A DNA stretch of 42,592 nucleotides from Reclinomonas americana ATCC 50394 (Eukaryota), in the NCBI GenBank assembly GCA_048213135.1, contig PS015064.1:206427-249018 (forward strand), written 5' to 3'. The position numbers and the translations under genes are program-made. The notes beneath the pieces were generated by a model. The model saw nothing but the letters and a program-made list of their open reading frames with translations. It was not told the DNA's origin and ran no database searches. Shown here in pieces: positions 9,786 to 23,864 of this stretch. Every line of letters begins with the position of its first letter. The first letter of the stretch is position 1.

Positions 9786-12700
9786 TTATCTGCGTGCCTG
9801 TGCATCGGCAAGCACGTAGGTGGTGACCATACCAATGCCCTTGACTGCAATGCAAAGAGACAGAAGAAGCACAGTGTCAGCAAGCTTTGTTGGAAGACGC
9901 GAATGGCTGGCTTCTATCGCTCTCGCGTGCACCTGTTACAGATGTCGTCTGCACACTGTAGGAGCCGCGGACGAGCCGATGAGTCGACTACACGCACAAA
10001 AGAAGAGAGAGCACGCATGTTAGACATACAGCAAGTAAATGAAAGCTCAAGACCAACAGGGGCAAACCTCGCTGAGCTGAATCTTGCCATATGCTGCCGA
10101 ACTCTCCATTCTCGACGCCATATTCACCGAGTCTGCGGCGCAAAATGTGATGAGTGGACGACAGAGGCAAGCAAGACAACCTCGGTACACACCTCCGTAC
10201 ACATCAAAGGTGGGGATGAGTCCAGCAACAATGCCCGACGTCATGGGTCCAGAGTTGATGCCGATGCGGAACACAATGTCGTATTCACCCTACAACCCCA
10301 CAAATCAGATGCGTTCTCCTAATCAAGTGCACGCAGACTCGATCTCTCGGCGTACCATTCGATTCAGTTCCTGCTTGGCGGCAATGGCAAATTCAATCGA
10401 CGCTCTTGCATGGTCCTGGTTGTCGGTTGGGCGCATTCCGCCCACGGCCAGGTAAGCCGACCCTGCCCACTCACAATTAGCAACAGGCTCATCGTTACGC
10501 AGTCACTGCACGGACACGCTGCAGACCGATTGTCTTGATGCGACTGATACCGTGGAAGCCAGCTGAGCGATCAAATGCCGCAAACAGCCGGTGGAGAACA
10601 GTGACCTTGTCGATAATGTCCAGTGGAGCGCCATCGGGGTCTGTCGCACACAGTGAGTGAGTAACAACGTCGCGTGAGGCTGACAGGCAGGCAGCAGTGA
10701 CGCTCACTGTCAGCATTGCGTCGCTTGAACGATGACATTTTGATAAAGACACACGTGACGTCGGGGTGGAAGGTGAACATCATCCGTTGCGACGCAGCAT
10801 CCACAACCGCCTGTGCGAACGAGATATGAGCGAGGGTGGGATGAACAAACTTGCCGCGACCCACTCACCGATGGTGCGAGCTCCTGGTCGGTGAAGCGTC
10901 CAAGGAGCGTCTTGAGCGCGTCGGGTTGGAACGATATCGACAGCAACTACATGACATGAAAGAATACTTGCGAGTGAGCGATGTCTGCGTGCCATGCAAT
11001 TGGCTTGCACAACAGGCAAACAAACATACCCGGTTCTGCAGCGAGTTTGTTTGCAGTTGATTCCGAACTTGCTGCAGCTGATTGTTGCACTCGCCAGCGA
11101 TGCGGACAATGGTGCGGGATTCGTTTTCGATTTCGCACTCGCGTGCGGTGATGTAGCTCATGAAACTAGTGCATAGATCGACAGTCCACAGTCAGCCAAC
11201 TGACTAACTGTTCACGATAGCAAGCGCAAACGAGCAACGCAACGTCGATTTGTCCTTTTTCGTGATGGTAGCCTCTGCGCCTCGTGGCCATTCCGATGCC
11301 ACTGACGACAGTAGAGTGGAACGCAGAATGTCCTCGATGCCTGTGCCCGGTCGCTCTGCGTCGTGAAGAAAGACGGATCAGCAAGGTCCCAGACAGTCTG
11401 TCAGCAGCATACACACACACACGAGTTCGCACCGTCGGCTTCCACCAACTCCTCTGCCGAGCGACCAAGAATGCGGGTGGCAGCGACATTGCACCATTTG
11501 ATGCGTCCGGTGGAGGCCACCCACAGGATCTGTGCAGAGTTGCATGCAAAGTAAGTAACAACAAAGATAACGCTGCGACAGGTGCACCACGCAACAGCAT
11601 CGGTGGACATGGCCATGAGGTTGGCCATCTCATCCACCTTTTCCTCCAATCGCGCCCTCTCCATCGCCGCCGCAACATTATCTCGCACAATGGCACAGTA
11701 GTAGCGTCGACCGTCGGCCACAATCACATTGACGACAGAGTGGAACAGCTGCAGGATGCGACCGGAGCTATGCAGGCCACTGACATCGCGACCACTGCAA
11801 CGAAAAAAACGTACATGGATCAGCAACTGGCAAGTTGCAGAGAGTAGCAGACTTCTCCGATGAGTGGTGCGCACGCAACTTGCGTGCACGTGTGCACCAC
11901 TCGTCGCCAGGCGGTATCTCCTTCATGCGAGCTACATGACTGCATAACCAAAGAGTCAGCACATTACATCTCCTTGCAGGCAGAAGTGTACTCCAAAGAA
12001 GTCGCAACAGTCGATGGGTCTCGCCCAGCGCCGGCGGTACCAGCATGCTTACGTTGCGGCCCACGAGCTCCGAGTTCATCGAGTAGCCCCAGAGGGCCAG
12101 AGCGGCTGGATTCACCAGCTGCATGACGCCGTCAGTGTCGGTGACCACCACGGCTTGATTCATGGATGTGGCGAGCTTGTGGACCTGTGATGCACGAATC
12201 AGCAAGAGCGAACAGAATACCGAGCAAAGCAGAACAAGTCTCACGCACCGTCTGCTGCCGTTGAGCCACCTTCTTCAACGACACTGCCTCACTGGTGTAG
12301 TCGCGCAGCATGGCTGCGAAATACGTCTGCTCCCTGACCTTGCATTCGACAACAGACAACTGCATATTGGCACGGGAGCCGTCGATTCGCACCACCTGTG
12401 TGTACAGCGTGTGAGCCATGAGTTCCAACGCTGTGTGAGTGTGCACACACGGCATAATGTTACCTCCACTGTGCGCCCGCGAACTGCGATTGCCTGCTGC
12501 TGGGCACCAGCCAGCACGCCCACTGCAGCATTGCGTGCGGCGACGCTTTTGAATATGTTGTCGTGCCGTGTGTGTTGCTCCGGCGGAATCATAAGCTGGG
12601 GAAGCAGTCGACTCTGTTAGCATCAACATAAGATGTGAAGCTCCAGATGATGCTCATCACCTTGACGTGTCGACCGACGAGGTCATCGGGTGTCCAGCCA

Positions 12701-15700
12701 AGCAGCTTGGTGACGCGCTGGTTGATGGAATCGACAATGCCCTGTGCGCGTGCGAGCCCATGCAAGGAGTGAGTGACTTGCGCATCAGAGAGGAGTGGAT
12801 TCGACTCACCGTCTCCGTAGTCATGATGAAACCCATGGCTGTTTTAATTGCGAGAAGAGGTGAGGTGAGCGACCGTCTCTTCTGTACAGTTCTGTGAAGG
12901 GCAGACGCAACTGCTCGTGAGACCACGAATCTTGTGCTCCGTCTCGTTCAGCGTGCGGTTCAACTCCATTGAAATGAGAAGTGCATCTGCGGAGGTGTTA
13001 GGTACAAGGTCGCAGCAACAGTACTGGAAAGAAGCATGTGCGCAACGAGGAAGCAGATGCGTTTGCAGGTCCGGCTCGGCGTTCACCACAGACTGTGGCA
13101 CAAACAGCAGCACCTCCTTGAAGAAGCGCAAGTTGTGATCGGCTTGCGACAGCGGTCGCATGACAAACACGACTGAGCCGACGGCAATCACCACAATGCC
13201 AATGGCCATCGCAATCTCTGCTAGCAAAGTGATTTTGGCAGTGAAGCGACCGTAGCCCGTATCCAGCATCTGCGCATCACAGTCGTCCTGTTAAACAGAC
13301 TGGCGACGAGCCAGTGCAATCCCCAAACCGCCAAACAAACCTTCGCCACCAAGTCAAAGTACGGTTGCAGCACCAACTTGGCGGCCTCGATCAGGTTCAG
13401 CGCATCGACCACCGCCGCAGTGGCCGAGCCGGAGGTGTCGAGCGAATTGGTGAGAAACTCGAACGTCTCCAGCACCGTGAACAGCTACGCACAGGGGGAC
13501 GAAAAATGAGCATGGAGGAGGGGGGGGGGGGGGGGGGGCGACAAAGGCAGGGCGGCATGTGCACGACGAACCACAGTGTTCACTGGCGAGCACTGAATCA
13601 TGGCCTGCCACTCGGGCGTGGTATTGTCCACGTACTGACAGCGATCCTTGTACAAGGCGTCGTGCATCTTCTGGTCGATTTCACCGTCCCATCCGAGTGA
13701 GCTCAGGCTCTGTGCCAATTGGTTTGATTCACTGATCGCCTGCGACCCACGTGGTCAGGCACGGCAAGTCAAACCAGAAGCAATCGATAACAGAAAGCAG
13801 GACGCAACATCGTTGAGATAGCTTTGCGTGGCGTGCAGCGCCAAGTCGAGAGGCAAGACGCCAGTCGGGTAGATCAGCTCGGTGGATGTCATGGTGGCGA
13901 GGCTGAGGTCGGCTGCACGGCGTTGTGACAGACTGTTGATGTTCATCAGTCGTAGCGCCTCATTGGCCGACGTCGTGGCGCTATACCTGCTCGGCGCACA
14001 TCACAGCCGATGAGCAGAGAGGTGGGTATGGTCTGCAGCTGGAGGGTGAAGCGCGACGCAACGAAATGCAAATCATCACTGGAGCCACCAGGAAAATGAC
14101 CACAAAGGCCCGGAACATGATGCTGCGTGAAAACTGGCAGTCGTTGCGACTAAAGTCGGTCGGCAAGTATTTCGTTTGCAGTGTAGTAGATGGCTGAAGG
14201 CCCTGCAATTAATCGGAGACGTGAGTCGTCGACCACCTTACTGCTGGCGACAGCGCAGATAAGCGCACCTTGCGCGCTTCCTCGGTACGAGCGAGGTACG
14301 TGAGGTAATTGTCGCGAACCGAGTGGTGGATGGATCGTGCGGCTCGCTGCGGTACTGAGTGAAACACCAGAACGGCTTGATTGAGCTGCGATCGCAGTCG
14401 CAGCAAGGTGGGCGCCAGCAGCAGCAGAAACAGGCCGATCACGACACTGCGTGGCGAGCCAGTTAGTACGCGTTACGGGTGCAGCACAAGCGACGTGTCT
14501 CGGCATACCACGAGGCGATGGCCAACTCGATCCACGCCTGCAACGCGAAACTAGAAGCCGCGCTGTTGAATTGGCTCAGCTGCTCTGTGGCCACCTTCTC
14601 GCCCACCTCCCTCGTCACCAGTGTGTTCAACACCACAAAGGCGTACGAGGGTGACGAGAGCGGGGCGTCGGCGAGTCGGTTTGGTGCAGTGTGCAGGAAT
14701 TGCTGAAGGAGACACAAGCAGATGCATGTAAGACGAGAGAGGCACACAACGCGCAGACACGCGCATCACGTACGGAACCTGCAAATAGTCTGCAAACAGG
14801 GTCATCAAGTCGATACCGGTCAGCCTCGTAAGAATTGGATAGTTGCCGTCAAACTCCACTGTGATTGTGGTGCTGCGGTCTCGAATGGATTGTAGAGTGT
14901 CACTGCAGACAATGATAGATGAGGCGTGTGAAAGAAAGTGTGAGGAGATGAGCAGCGGACGACGCAACATCCTGCTTTCAAGCACTTTCACAGCAGCACG
15001 AAGACCATTGAGGCTCTGCTTCGCCAGCGACTGAGCGTACGTCAGCTCGCCCGCCGACGTCACTCGAGACATGCTGCTGGAGGCGTATGCCCCGGTTGCG
15101 GCGTGCATGCTGGTGGGTGGGAGCAGAAGTGAGCAGACGCGGGGAATACAATGGTACTCCCAACACACACACACACACACACTCATCGCACCCTGCAAGA
15201 CTGAGAGTGTTGAAGGCCGCTCGATCACTCGCAAAGCGTGCGTTCATCGACGAAGCGTGCGCGAACAAGAAGGCAACCATGGCGACGGCCACAAGGGCCA
15301 CCGTCCACCAGGCCAGTTGCACGCGCAGCACGGCCGGGTTCTGGAGAAGGGCGATCAACAAAGGAAAGGTGAGTGTCGGCAAGCATACCACAGATGTGTG
15401 TGTGTGTGTCTCTCTCTCTATCCACATTACCTTTTCTCCCAAAATCGTGGCGCGCAGCATTCCACCATCGTCGGTGGTCACCGTGGTGCCAACATCCCTG
15501 CAGGAGAGAGAGAGAGAGGCGAGAGTGAGAAGCAGAGTGCTGAGTGACGGTGCGGTTGTTGCACTCAACATTGTGCTTGCGCCATCAGCATCGGTTGTCA
15601 CGCTGCCAATGGAGTCGAAGTGTTCCAGCGACTGAGACCCTTTAGCTGCACGCAACACAACTGTCACTTCAGTACAGTGTACGCAAGAGTCTATCAAAAA

Positions 15701-18700
15701 CATTTCATCTGCGTATGTACCTCCTCCATTCACAGTCTGCGAATGCAACAAGGTGAAGAAGGAGGATGTCAGGTTCAACAGAAAAAAAAGGTCGACGGAC
15801 ATCATGCTGTGCAGACGCAACATCATGCCTCTGAAGATTGCGTCGGAATGCAGACTTGCGGTGAGTGCGCTGGCGAGCGGCGGCGCCAAGCACCAATGTC
15901 TCCGGAGCAAGGAGTCCACCGACGGGCACCGCCGCCGCCGTCGGCGGAGCTGTGAAAGCAGTGGACGATGATTCAGCGACTGGACTCGACGCCGTGTTGT
16001 TTGCCGGACTCGAATTCTGTTCAGTTGCAGCGCTGGGTGGCTGGTTTCCTTCGTCGGCGTTGGCATCCACGGCGACAGAGCTCACCGAGGTGCATGACTC
16101 GAATTCTTGCATCTCCAGGCCATTTTCGTTTTCCTCAGCAATGTCACTGGTCGCGCTCGCAGAATTTCGCACCACCACAAGGCCAGGGAGGAAACTCAGC
16201 TCGGAGTCGCCGTCCCTACTGAAGCGCAACATTCGCTGCGAGAAAAACGGGCAAGTTAGAGGCACACACATTTCCAACATCATATATGCCGCACTTGACG
16301 CACCTCCACCAGCTCGGTCACCGAAAACTCTTGCTCCTGGTGCTTGCCGACACCGATTCGCAACGCAGTGCTGTTGGAGTTCAGTGCATTTTGTGCTGCG
16401 TGGTCGGCCAGGTGGTACCACCTCTCGGCTTCGCACGGATCGTTGCGAATGTTGGCGTGGAACTGTGTGTGTGTGTGCCGCACGGGGCGGTGAGCAGATA
16501 TTCGCGACAGGAGGAAATGGTACTCAGAGGAATACTCACGTCGGCGAATAGGGACAGCAGTGTGTGGCTGGCGGGGTAGTCGTCCAGCATGCGTCGGAAC
16601 ATGGCTGTGCACTTTTGCTCGTGCTCTTGCAGTGACACGAGAAGCGTCACCAGCTTCTCCTCTGTGTGCGTAGCATGTGAGTATCGCAGACTGGCGAGAA
16701 ATACAGAGTGACAACACGCACTTCGCGTCCGTTCCTCCACTTGCTTCCAGAATGCCATCAAAATCGTGAAGCAGTGACACATCTGGTCGTGAATGGCTGC
16801 CAGACGAGCATCAAAGGTGACGGCGCGGAAGTCGGTGTCGTTGGCAAAGGTCCCGGCAATGTCGTCGACGATTCGTCGCAAGTCGAACGGGAGTGTATGC
16901 GACTGCGCTTGCACATGGGCGACCAGCTTGCGTGCCTCTTCCATGCACTCTGGACTGTCGGTCTCCGACCACACGTACAGAGCGCGGAACAAGTGCATGA
17001 GCACTGACTCGGGCAGCAATACGCAGCCTGTGTGCACGCACGCAGACACAAAGCAGTTGAGTCAGTAGATGCGCCACAGTCGTCGAGTTGTCGTCTCACG
17101 TACCGAGTTCAAGCAGGTCCAAAGCGCGGTGCCACACATCGTTGGTGGCGACCAGTGGTGAACGGGAAGCCAGCTCGTACATGAATGGCGAGCGGAACAG
17201 ACGAACGTCGTCCACACTGGCATACTTTTTTCGAGACGAGACCGGCAAGGAGGAGTACGAGTGCCGACGAGCCTGTGATCATCATTTTCAGCAACATGCA
17301 TGCACACTTGTGCCAGCACGCGAGACACGAACCGACGTAGGCGATCGACAACTGGCGGCAAACGACTTGATAAAGCTGTTGGCCTCGGAGGGCGCATATT
17401 TGGACGGCGTGCTCACCCCGTCAATCTCGGTATTCATGAAGTGCTCCACCGTGGCAAGCACACGCCGCAGTCGCAAGCGCATCAACAGCGGACTGACACC
17501 GACGCCCACCACCAATGCCGCCCATACGGCAATCAAGATCACCTGCCAGGTGCGTTGCACGTGGAGGAACTCGATTACAAAGAGAGCACCGGCCAGCAGG
17601 GCGGCGGCGAACATGTGACCGCCGGCAAGCGTGCACGGGACCACCGTGTGCAGTGGCTGATAAAAGACGGCAGCGCAGGCGACAGTGGCGGCGGTCACCA
17701 GCAGCGTGCCGTAGTGAACTTGCGGATAGATTGGTGTACCAAACGTGTGCGTCATTGTGGCCAGCAAGCGGACCACGTTGACGGCGGCAATGTAGCGGCC
17801 AGCACTCACGCCGGCAGTAAAAACACGGGAGAGTGGATTGTAGTCGACAGCTCTGTCGACGAAAACGACGTGAGAGGGAGCTGGGGATGGGGGGAGAGAA
17901 GATTGATTGCATCGGTGATGGTGACGCACAACAAGGGCACAAGGACTGCCGCAGCGGCGACGAGGATCCAGAAGAGAATGCCAATGGCGCCAATGGCGAG
18001 ATTGTGTGGGTTGTCGCATTCTGTGTGTGTGTGAGAGAGAGAGATGAGTGATCAGGAGGGAGGAAGAGAGGGGAGGAAGGAGGGAGGGAGGGAGGGACAC
18101 GCAACCCCAGGAAGCGCCGTCGGCCGAGCTCAAGTGCTGATGCAGGGAAAAGTTGCAGTGCAACGGTCGCAGCAACAACAGAGCGACCGGCGTCAGCAGT
18201 GGGCCCGTCACGCAGGCCAGCTGCAAAAGAGATGAGGGACGATATCGGTGGAATGAATGGAACGGGGAAGACGCACCAGAAAGCGCACAAGGTCGGCAGA
18301 TAGCTGCACGATGAGCGGCCACGAAGCGTGCACAGTCTTGTTCGCCGTCAGCGTCCGTATTTTGCGCAGCGCCCACCAGCCCAGTGCCACAAAGAGTGCC
18401 GAGTGCACCACCAGAAAGCCCCATGCCAGCAGCAGGCGATTGCGATTGATGCTCTGCGAGTGGACAAGAAGGAGGACATGTCAGAAAACAACAAAGCGGG
18501 CGGGGAAAGGGGAAGGGTGGGCGAGCGGAGGGAATAGGAACCCAAAGCTCTTGAATGAATTTGATATCGCAGTCGTCGCCAGCATTATTGTCTCACTCGC
18601 ATATGAATTGAGTAGATGTGCCTGTGCTGCTGCCTGTGTACTGATAGTACTCACACAAACCCCACACAGCAGCGCTGTGTGCAAAAAATGCATTACCGCG

Positions 18701-20042
18701 ATCTTTCATCAGCTACGCGTATACGTACAGTATACATGTACATCGATTCTCCCACTCGCACGACTCACTCGATGACTGGACAGATGTGCGTATTCTGTGT
18801 GATCTGTAATGCTGCACTCCACAACGCGTGCTCCTGGTGGAGCTCACGCAAAGCCCACACAGCATAGCTGAGCGAGAAGCATTGATACTGAGCTATACCG
18901 ATATGATATATCTCCACGATTTGAGCCGATGCGTCGTACTGCAGTCGACTCGTTACGCTCACTATTCCCACGCGCTGGTGCTGCGTCAGCGCGTCTCTCC
19001 TTATCAAACGCACAAAAGCAAGTGATACTGCAATCATGACCAGCTTTTGCCTCACTCACTGTGCAGTTAGTACATGTGTGCATTCTGCGTGTCGCGCTGC
19101 CGCTGGTGTCGTTGTGCTCACGTCGCCCACGCTCTAGTGGCGTGAGCACGTCTCTCTCCTTATCGAACGCAACAAAAGCAGGAGATACTGCAATGCCTCA
19201 CTTACAGGCGCAGTGAGCATATGTGCGCACTCTGTGTGTCGCGCTGCTGCTCGCCTTGTTACGCTCACTGCGCCCGCGCTCTAGTGCTGTGTAAGCACGT
19301 CTCTCCTTATCAAACGCACAAAAGCAAGTGATTCTGCAATCGATATCACCAGCTTTTGCCTCGCTCATTCACGATTCTCTCTGCACAGGCGCCAGCTCAC
19401 TATGCACCCACTTACACCCCACACAGACCACCTGCACTCACACACACACAGCCATCTCTGTTTGACACGCAACGTTCGGAATCAGTTGTACGGCCATAAA
19501 CCCATAATACGACGCCACATCGTCGTTATTGACAGCCGAGGTGGCGGCATAGGAGAGCACCAATAGCACAGTGGAGAGGTGTATCCAGGCCAGACACAGG
19601 CCATCCACCCATGCAATCTGATCAACCCACAGAAAACAGGTAGTTATTGTTAGCGTACACGCATCAGCCTATGCGCCCCTCAAGCGCAGCGCGCAACAAT
19701 GGAAACGCACACACACACAGAGCATGCTCAGGGTGTAACACAGAACGACAAAGGAGGCACGTGGAGAGTGAAAATCAGGCTCAACGGTATCTAGATCTAT
19801 CGTTCTCTCCCTTTCTCATCGCTGCGTCTCTCTGATGACGCACACTCTCACTCTCTTCTCTCATTGCGCGCAACTTGTGAGAACAGTGGGTGGTGGCGAA
19901 AGAGACTGGCGAGGCCAGAGACAAGCTGCGAGCAAAACGCCTTCCACGTGCCTCGACCCCCACTTCCGTATAATGCATCGCCATCAGCGCCAGACTTGAG
20001 GGGTCCTCTGGAGGAAGAGGTGCCCGAGGCCGCCAGACTCAT
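9786..20042 (-). CDS. TmcB/TmcC-like multi-transmembrane protein with three PAS domains and a C-terminal class III nucleotidyl cyclase domain
   Basis: N-terminal TM exons (19617-17500); TmcB/C-like helical motif FRRMLDDYPASHTLLSLFADF..NIRNDP; PAS repeats (INQRVTKLLGWTPDDLVGRHV, VNPAALALWGY..ELVGRNVSMLVP, CNVAATRILGRSAEELV); cyclase RIGINSGP..FDVYGDSVNMASRMES..VKGIGMVTTY; TAA at 9786-9788. Internal exons were not all traced. Confidence 0.85.
18860..19370. repeat. Intronic tandem repeat, about 150-160 bp, 3 or more copies
   Basis: TCTCCTTATC(A/G)AACGCA..AAAAGCA.G.GAT.CTGCAAT at about 18996, 19156 and 19302. Confidence 0.8.
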
Positions 20043-21796
20043 GTGGGCTCACGCACAGAGTGAAAGAACAGCCAAGTTTGTCTCCTCTCGTCGTTTGCAA
20101 CGAATTTCTAGTTTATTGGGTGCTGCTGGATTCGGATCCAGAATCAGTGGTTTGACTCCGAAACGGCAACGGAGCTCTGGTGTGATGTCGAAGAAACACA
20201 GAAGGAGTGTGCGAATGTGTGAGACAGAGACACGCACAGAGAGGGTGTGGGGGGAAGCGGAACGCCGTCTACTGTAATTATAAGGTATCGGCCTGACACG
20301 CATTGACATAAAAAGATACCGATATATACCGATGCCCGGCAGGCACCAGAGCAGCTTCATCGTTCGGCTGGCGCAGCGGTGTGCCACTGAGTGCGATGCG
20401 CGCGTTTTTGCACACAAGAGGTCGCCGGCGGAGGGCATCGGGCAAAGACCTGATCAACGGCGGTCTCGCCTACTGATACCCGATGGGAGTTATAAAGATC
20501 CCTTTCATGTTCGTGAATGACCGGCGATGACATCGGCGTTGGCGCTCGCTGAGTTCTGTGGCACACACAGGGGCGCGCCACCGGCGCGTTTGTCCGCCCA
20601 CAATCGAAAGAACCCACGCCATGCGTGATCGCCACGATCACCATCGTTCGGCCGCCATGACCAGATTTGGAAGGACCCGTAAAAATGCTTGTGGTGCGAC
20701 GACGACGGCGGACAGCTGCTGCGTCGGCGCTGCGGGAGGGGTGGTGAAGGTGGATGAGGGAGTGGAGAAGTGATGGGGATGCGAACACGTCAGAGAAGCG
20801 TTGGACTCACCCTCGCTGCAAACTTTTGCCGTATCGCCCTGCAATGACATACGGCTTGTCCATTCGTGGCGATTGCAAAGAGGCCCATAGGTCGCCATAT
20901 GCATGTACGCGAAAAGAGAAAAGGCGACACTCGTCGACTGCTCTTTCCCCACTTGGCGAACAACACGCAAGCCATGCAAACTTCCTCTCCTCGCCCACTC
21001 ACTCGCGATCGCTCGCTCGATATATCTGTCTCTCGTGGGCGTCTGCGACTGCAGCGGCGACCACCTCCTACCGAGAGCATGTGCATGCGTCGCGGTGTCG
21101 GTCCACGTGCACATCAACGGTCGCATGCTGATATGTGCGAGAGATCCGCACGTGCCGCACATTTCGCTGTCGAGACCCCCCCTGCTGCCTCAGCACCAAG
21201 GGAACCGCCTCTGTCATTTCGCAGCAAGGGAGGAGCCAGCTCGCGACTCCAGAAAGCGCCTGTACCATGACGAGGTTTGCAGCAGGATGAGCGATGCGAG
21301 AGAGAAAGAGACTCGGCAGCCGTTTTTCACCACTCAAGCTCGACAACGTGCTCTGGTCTCCCTCGCTGCGTTTGCCTGACGTACACGTGAGGAGAGGGGA
21401 AGGGAGAGAGTACAAGCAGGGAAATATGCAGAGAGAAAGAGAGGAAAGAGAAAGTGAGAGAAAAGAGAGAAGAAAACAGGAAAGAAATTGAGAAAAGTGC
21501 GAATGTTGTGAAGGAGAACGCACTGCGAGAGAAACAACGGGGGAGATGGGCGTAGAGTAAAGAAAGAAAGAGAAGGGAAAGGTGAGAGGAAGAGAGAGCG
21601 ACAACAAATAGAACAAACCTCGACACACATACGAAGACAACAGTGGGAAAGAGAAAAAGGAGGAGCGAGAAAGGAGGAAGAGAGAGCGAGTCAAAGGCGG
21701 AGAGAGAAGGAATGCTGAGGCAAGACGAAGGTGGGAGGGGAAAGTCAACGGACGTTGCACATGAAAACAGACATGACCAAAACAAGAGGAAAGAGA

Positions 21797-21868
<72 letters not shown>

Positions 21869-22142
21869 GGAGAGAGAAGGGACATCGCGCAGCAGCCTAC
21901 TATATGTGGAGCAGAGAACCAACAAACCAGGTGACACAAACCTGCGCGTGAGCTACCTACCTTCACACCATCTTCTGTCTCTCCATACACAATGCAAACA
22001 AATCACAGCAGCACGTTGCCTTGCTTCTTTTTCACCACATTCGTGACGAGCTCACTGCACTTGCGCCGAGGCAAGAAAAACGCACACCGCACAAGCACTC
22101 TGACACACACAATACAACAAGAAAGCTCCGTTCCCGCGTCTC

Positions 22143-22506
22143 TCAGAACCCCCCATCGCTGCTCTCGCCCCCTGCAAAGCCCATCAGTGCCACGTCCGCC
22201 GGCGCTCCCGATGGCAACGACGAGGACGATGTCGGGTGGCACGACTGGTTTCCAGGAGACTCCTCCATCACCAGGCCAGGCGACAGGCCCCCGGAGGTGA
22301 AGACTGAGGAGGGGAAGGGAAGGATGAGCGAAGAAAAGGGAAGGAGGGAGGGAAGAAGGGAGAGAGGAGGGAGGGAGAGAGAAAGAGGGAGGGATGGAGA
22401 GAGGGAGAGGGAGAGAGGCAGGTGAAGTGTGTGTGTGTGTATCGAGATGACAGCGGAGGCTGCTGTCACTGAGCCATGTGGAGAGAGAGGCAGGTGCGAG
22501 TGTGCA

Positions 22507-22569
<63 letters not shown>

Positions 22570-23147
22570 TTGACGAGAGTAGAGTGTTGTCGTAGTCGAC
22601 GTGACGTCGAGGAGAGAGAGGAGTGTGGTGTGTGACGAGAGAGAGAGGAGAGAGAGAGAGTGTGTNNNNNNNNNNNNNNNNNNNNNNNNNNNNNNNNNNN
22701 NNNNNNNNNNNNNNNNNNNNNNNNNNNNNNNNNNNNNNNNNNNNNNNNNNNNNNNNNNNNNNNNNNNNNNNNNNNNNNNNNNNNNNNNNNNNNNNNNNNN
22801 NNNNNNNNNNNNNNNNNNNNNNNNNNNNNNNNNNNNNNNNNNNNNNNNNNNNNNNNNNNNNNNNNNNNNNNNNNNNNNNNNNNNNNNNNNNNNNNNNNNN
22901 NNNNNNNNNNNNNNNNNNNNNNNNNNNNNNNNNNNNNNNNNNNNNNNNNNNNNNNNNNNNNNNNNNNNNNNNNNNNNNNNNNNNNNNNNNNNNNNNNNNN
23001 NNNNNNNNNNNNNNNNNNNNNNNNNNNNNNNNNNNNNNNNNNNNNNNNNNNNNNNNNNNNNNNNNGTACGTACGGTACGTACGGACGGTACGTACGTAGG
23101 ACGAGTACGAACGAGACGGACGTAGGTACGAGACGGTAGAGAGAGAG

Positions 23148-23204
<57 letters not shown>

Positions 23205-23501
23205 TGTGTGTGTGAGTGAGTGAGAGGGAGAGAAATGAAGAGTGATAGGAATGTGATGACTGACTGATGAGAAAGGCCCTCTTTGTCATGTCTTACACAA
23301 GAACAATCAAGGTGTTACCACACGCAAACCTTCGCGGCCCGCAACAGTACTCGCGGAACTACCTGTGCACACAGAGACACAAGATGAGAGTCAGACACAC
23401 AGACAGAGAGAGAGGCGCACACACAGCAACACACACCCATGTCTGCACACAAGCACACAGTCAGTCAGAGAGTCACAGAAGACACACGCGCGCAAACTCA
23501 C
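22143..23501 (-). CDS. Possible uncharacterised spliced gene, mostly hidden in gap 22666-23065
   Basis: Short AG/GT-bounded segments near 23360-23330 and 23290-23265, and a terminal-exon-like ORF (about 22303-22143) after a long polypyrimidine tract. No recognisable domain. Confidence 0.3.
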
Positions 23502-23864
23502 TGTGTGCGAGAAGATTGTGTGAGGGTTGCGCGCAGGGAAATTCGCGTAAACCCGCAACTTTACACAACAAATAGTGAATTATTTCTGCATGAAGAGCAA
23601 CGATCGCAGCGAGTGCCCTTCTGGTGTGCGGTCGCTCTCGCGATCGGATCCGCGGCTGGAGCCGGCCATGGCTTTTGTTCGATTTCTCGCGTTTCGCATT
23701 TGCAAGAGTGTGTGGCCAGCACGGATACCAGGTTTTACACAGGAACGCGAGGGGGGCGGATGGTGCTGCAGCACAGCGGAAGTCATCAAGTCCATGCTTG
23801 TCACGAGCCGTACGTGGTTTCTCCTGCGCATGCAGAAACGCCAGCGTTAGCCATCTCGACTTTT

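Noticed and set aside
20300..21400. Several 70-170 aa ORFs upstream of the cyclase gene
   Set aside because: No recognisable domain or consistent exon chain.
21390..22665. ORFs through (GA)n, (GT)n and purine tracts, and ORFs spanning N-runs elsewhere
   Set aside because: Microsatellites and gaps lack stop codons, so ORF length is uninformative.
23066..23140. GTAC/TACG-rich quasi-repeat
   Set aside because: It lies at a contig end and follows the TACG flow order of 454 pyrosequencing, so it is probably read-end noise.
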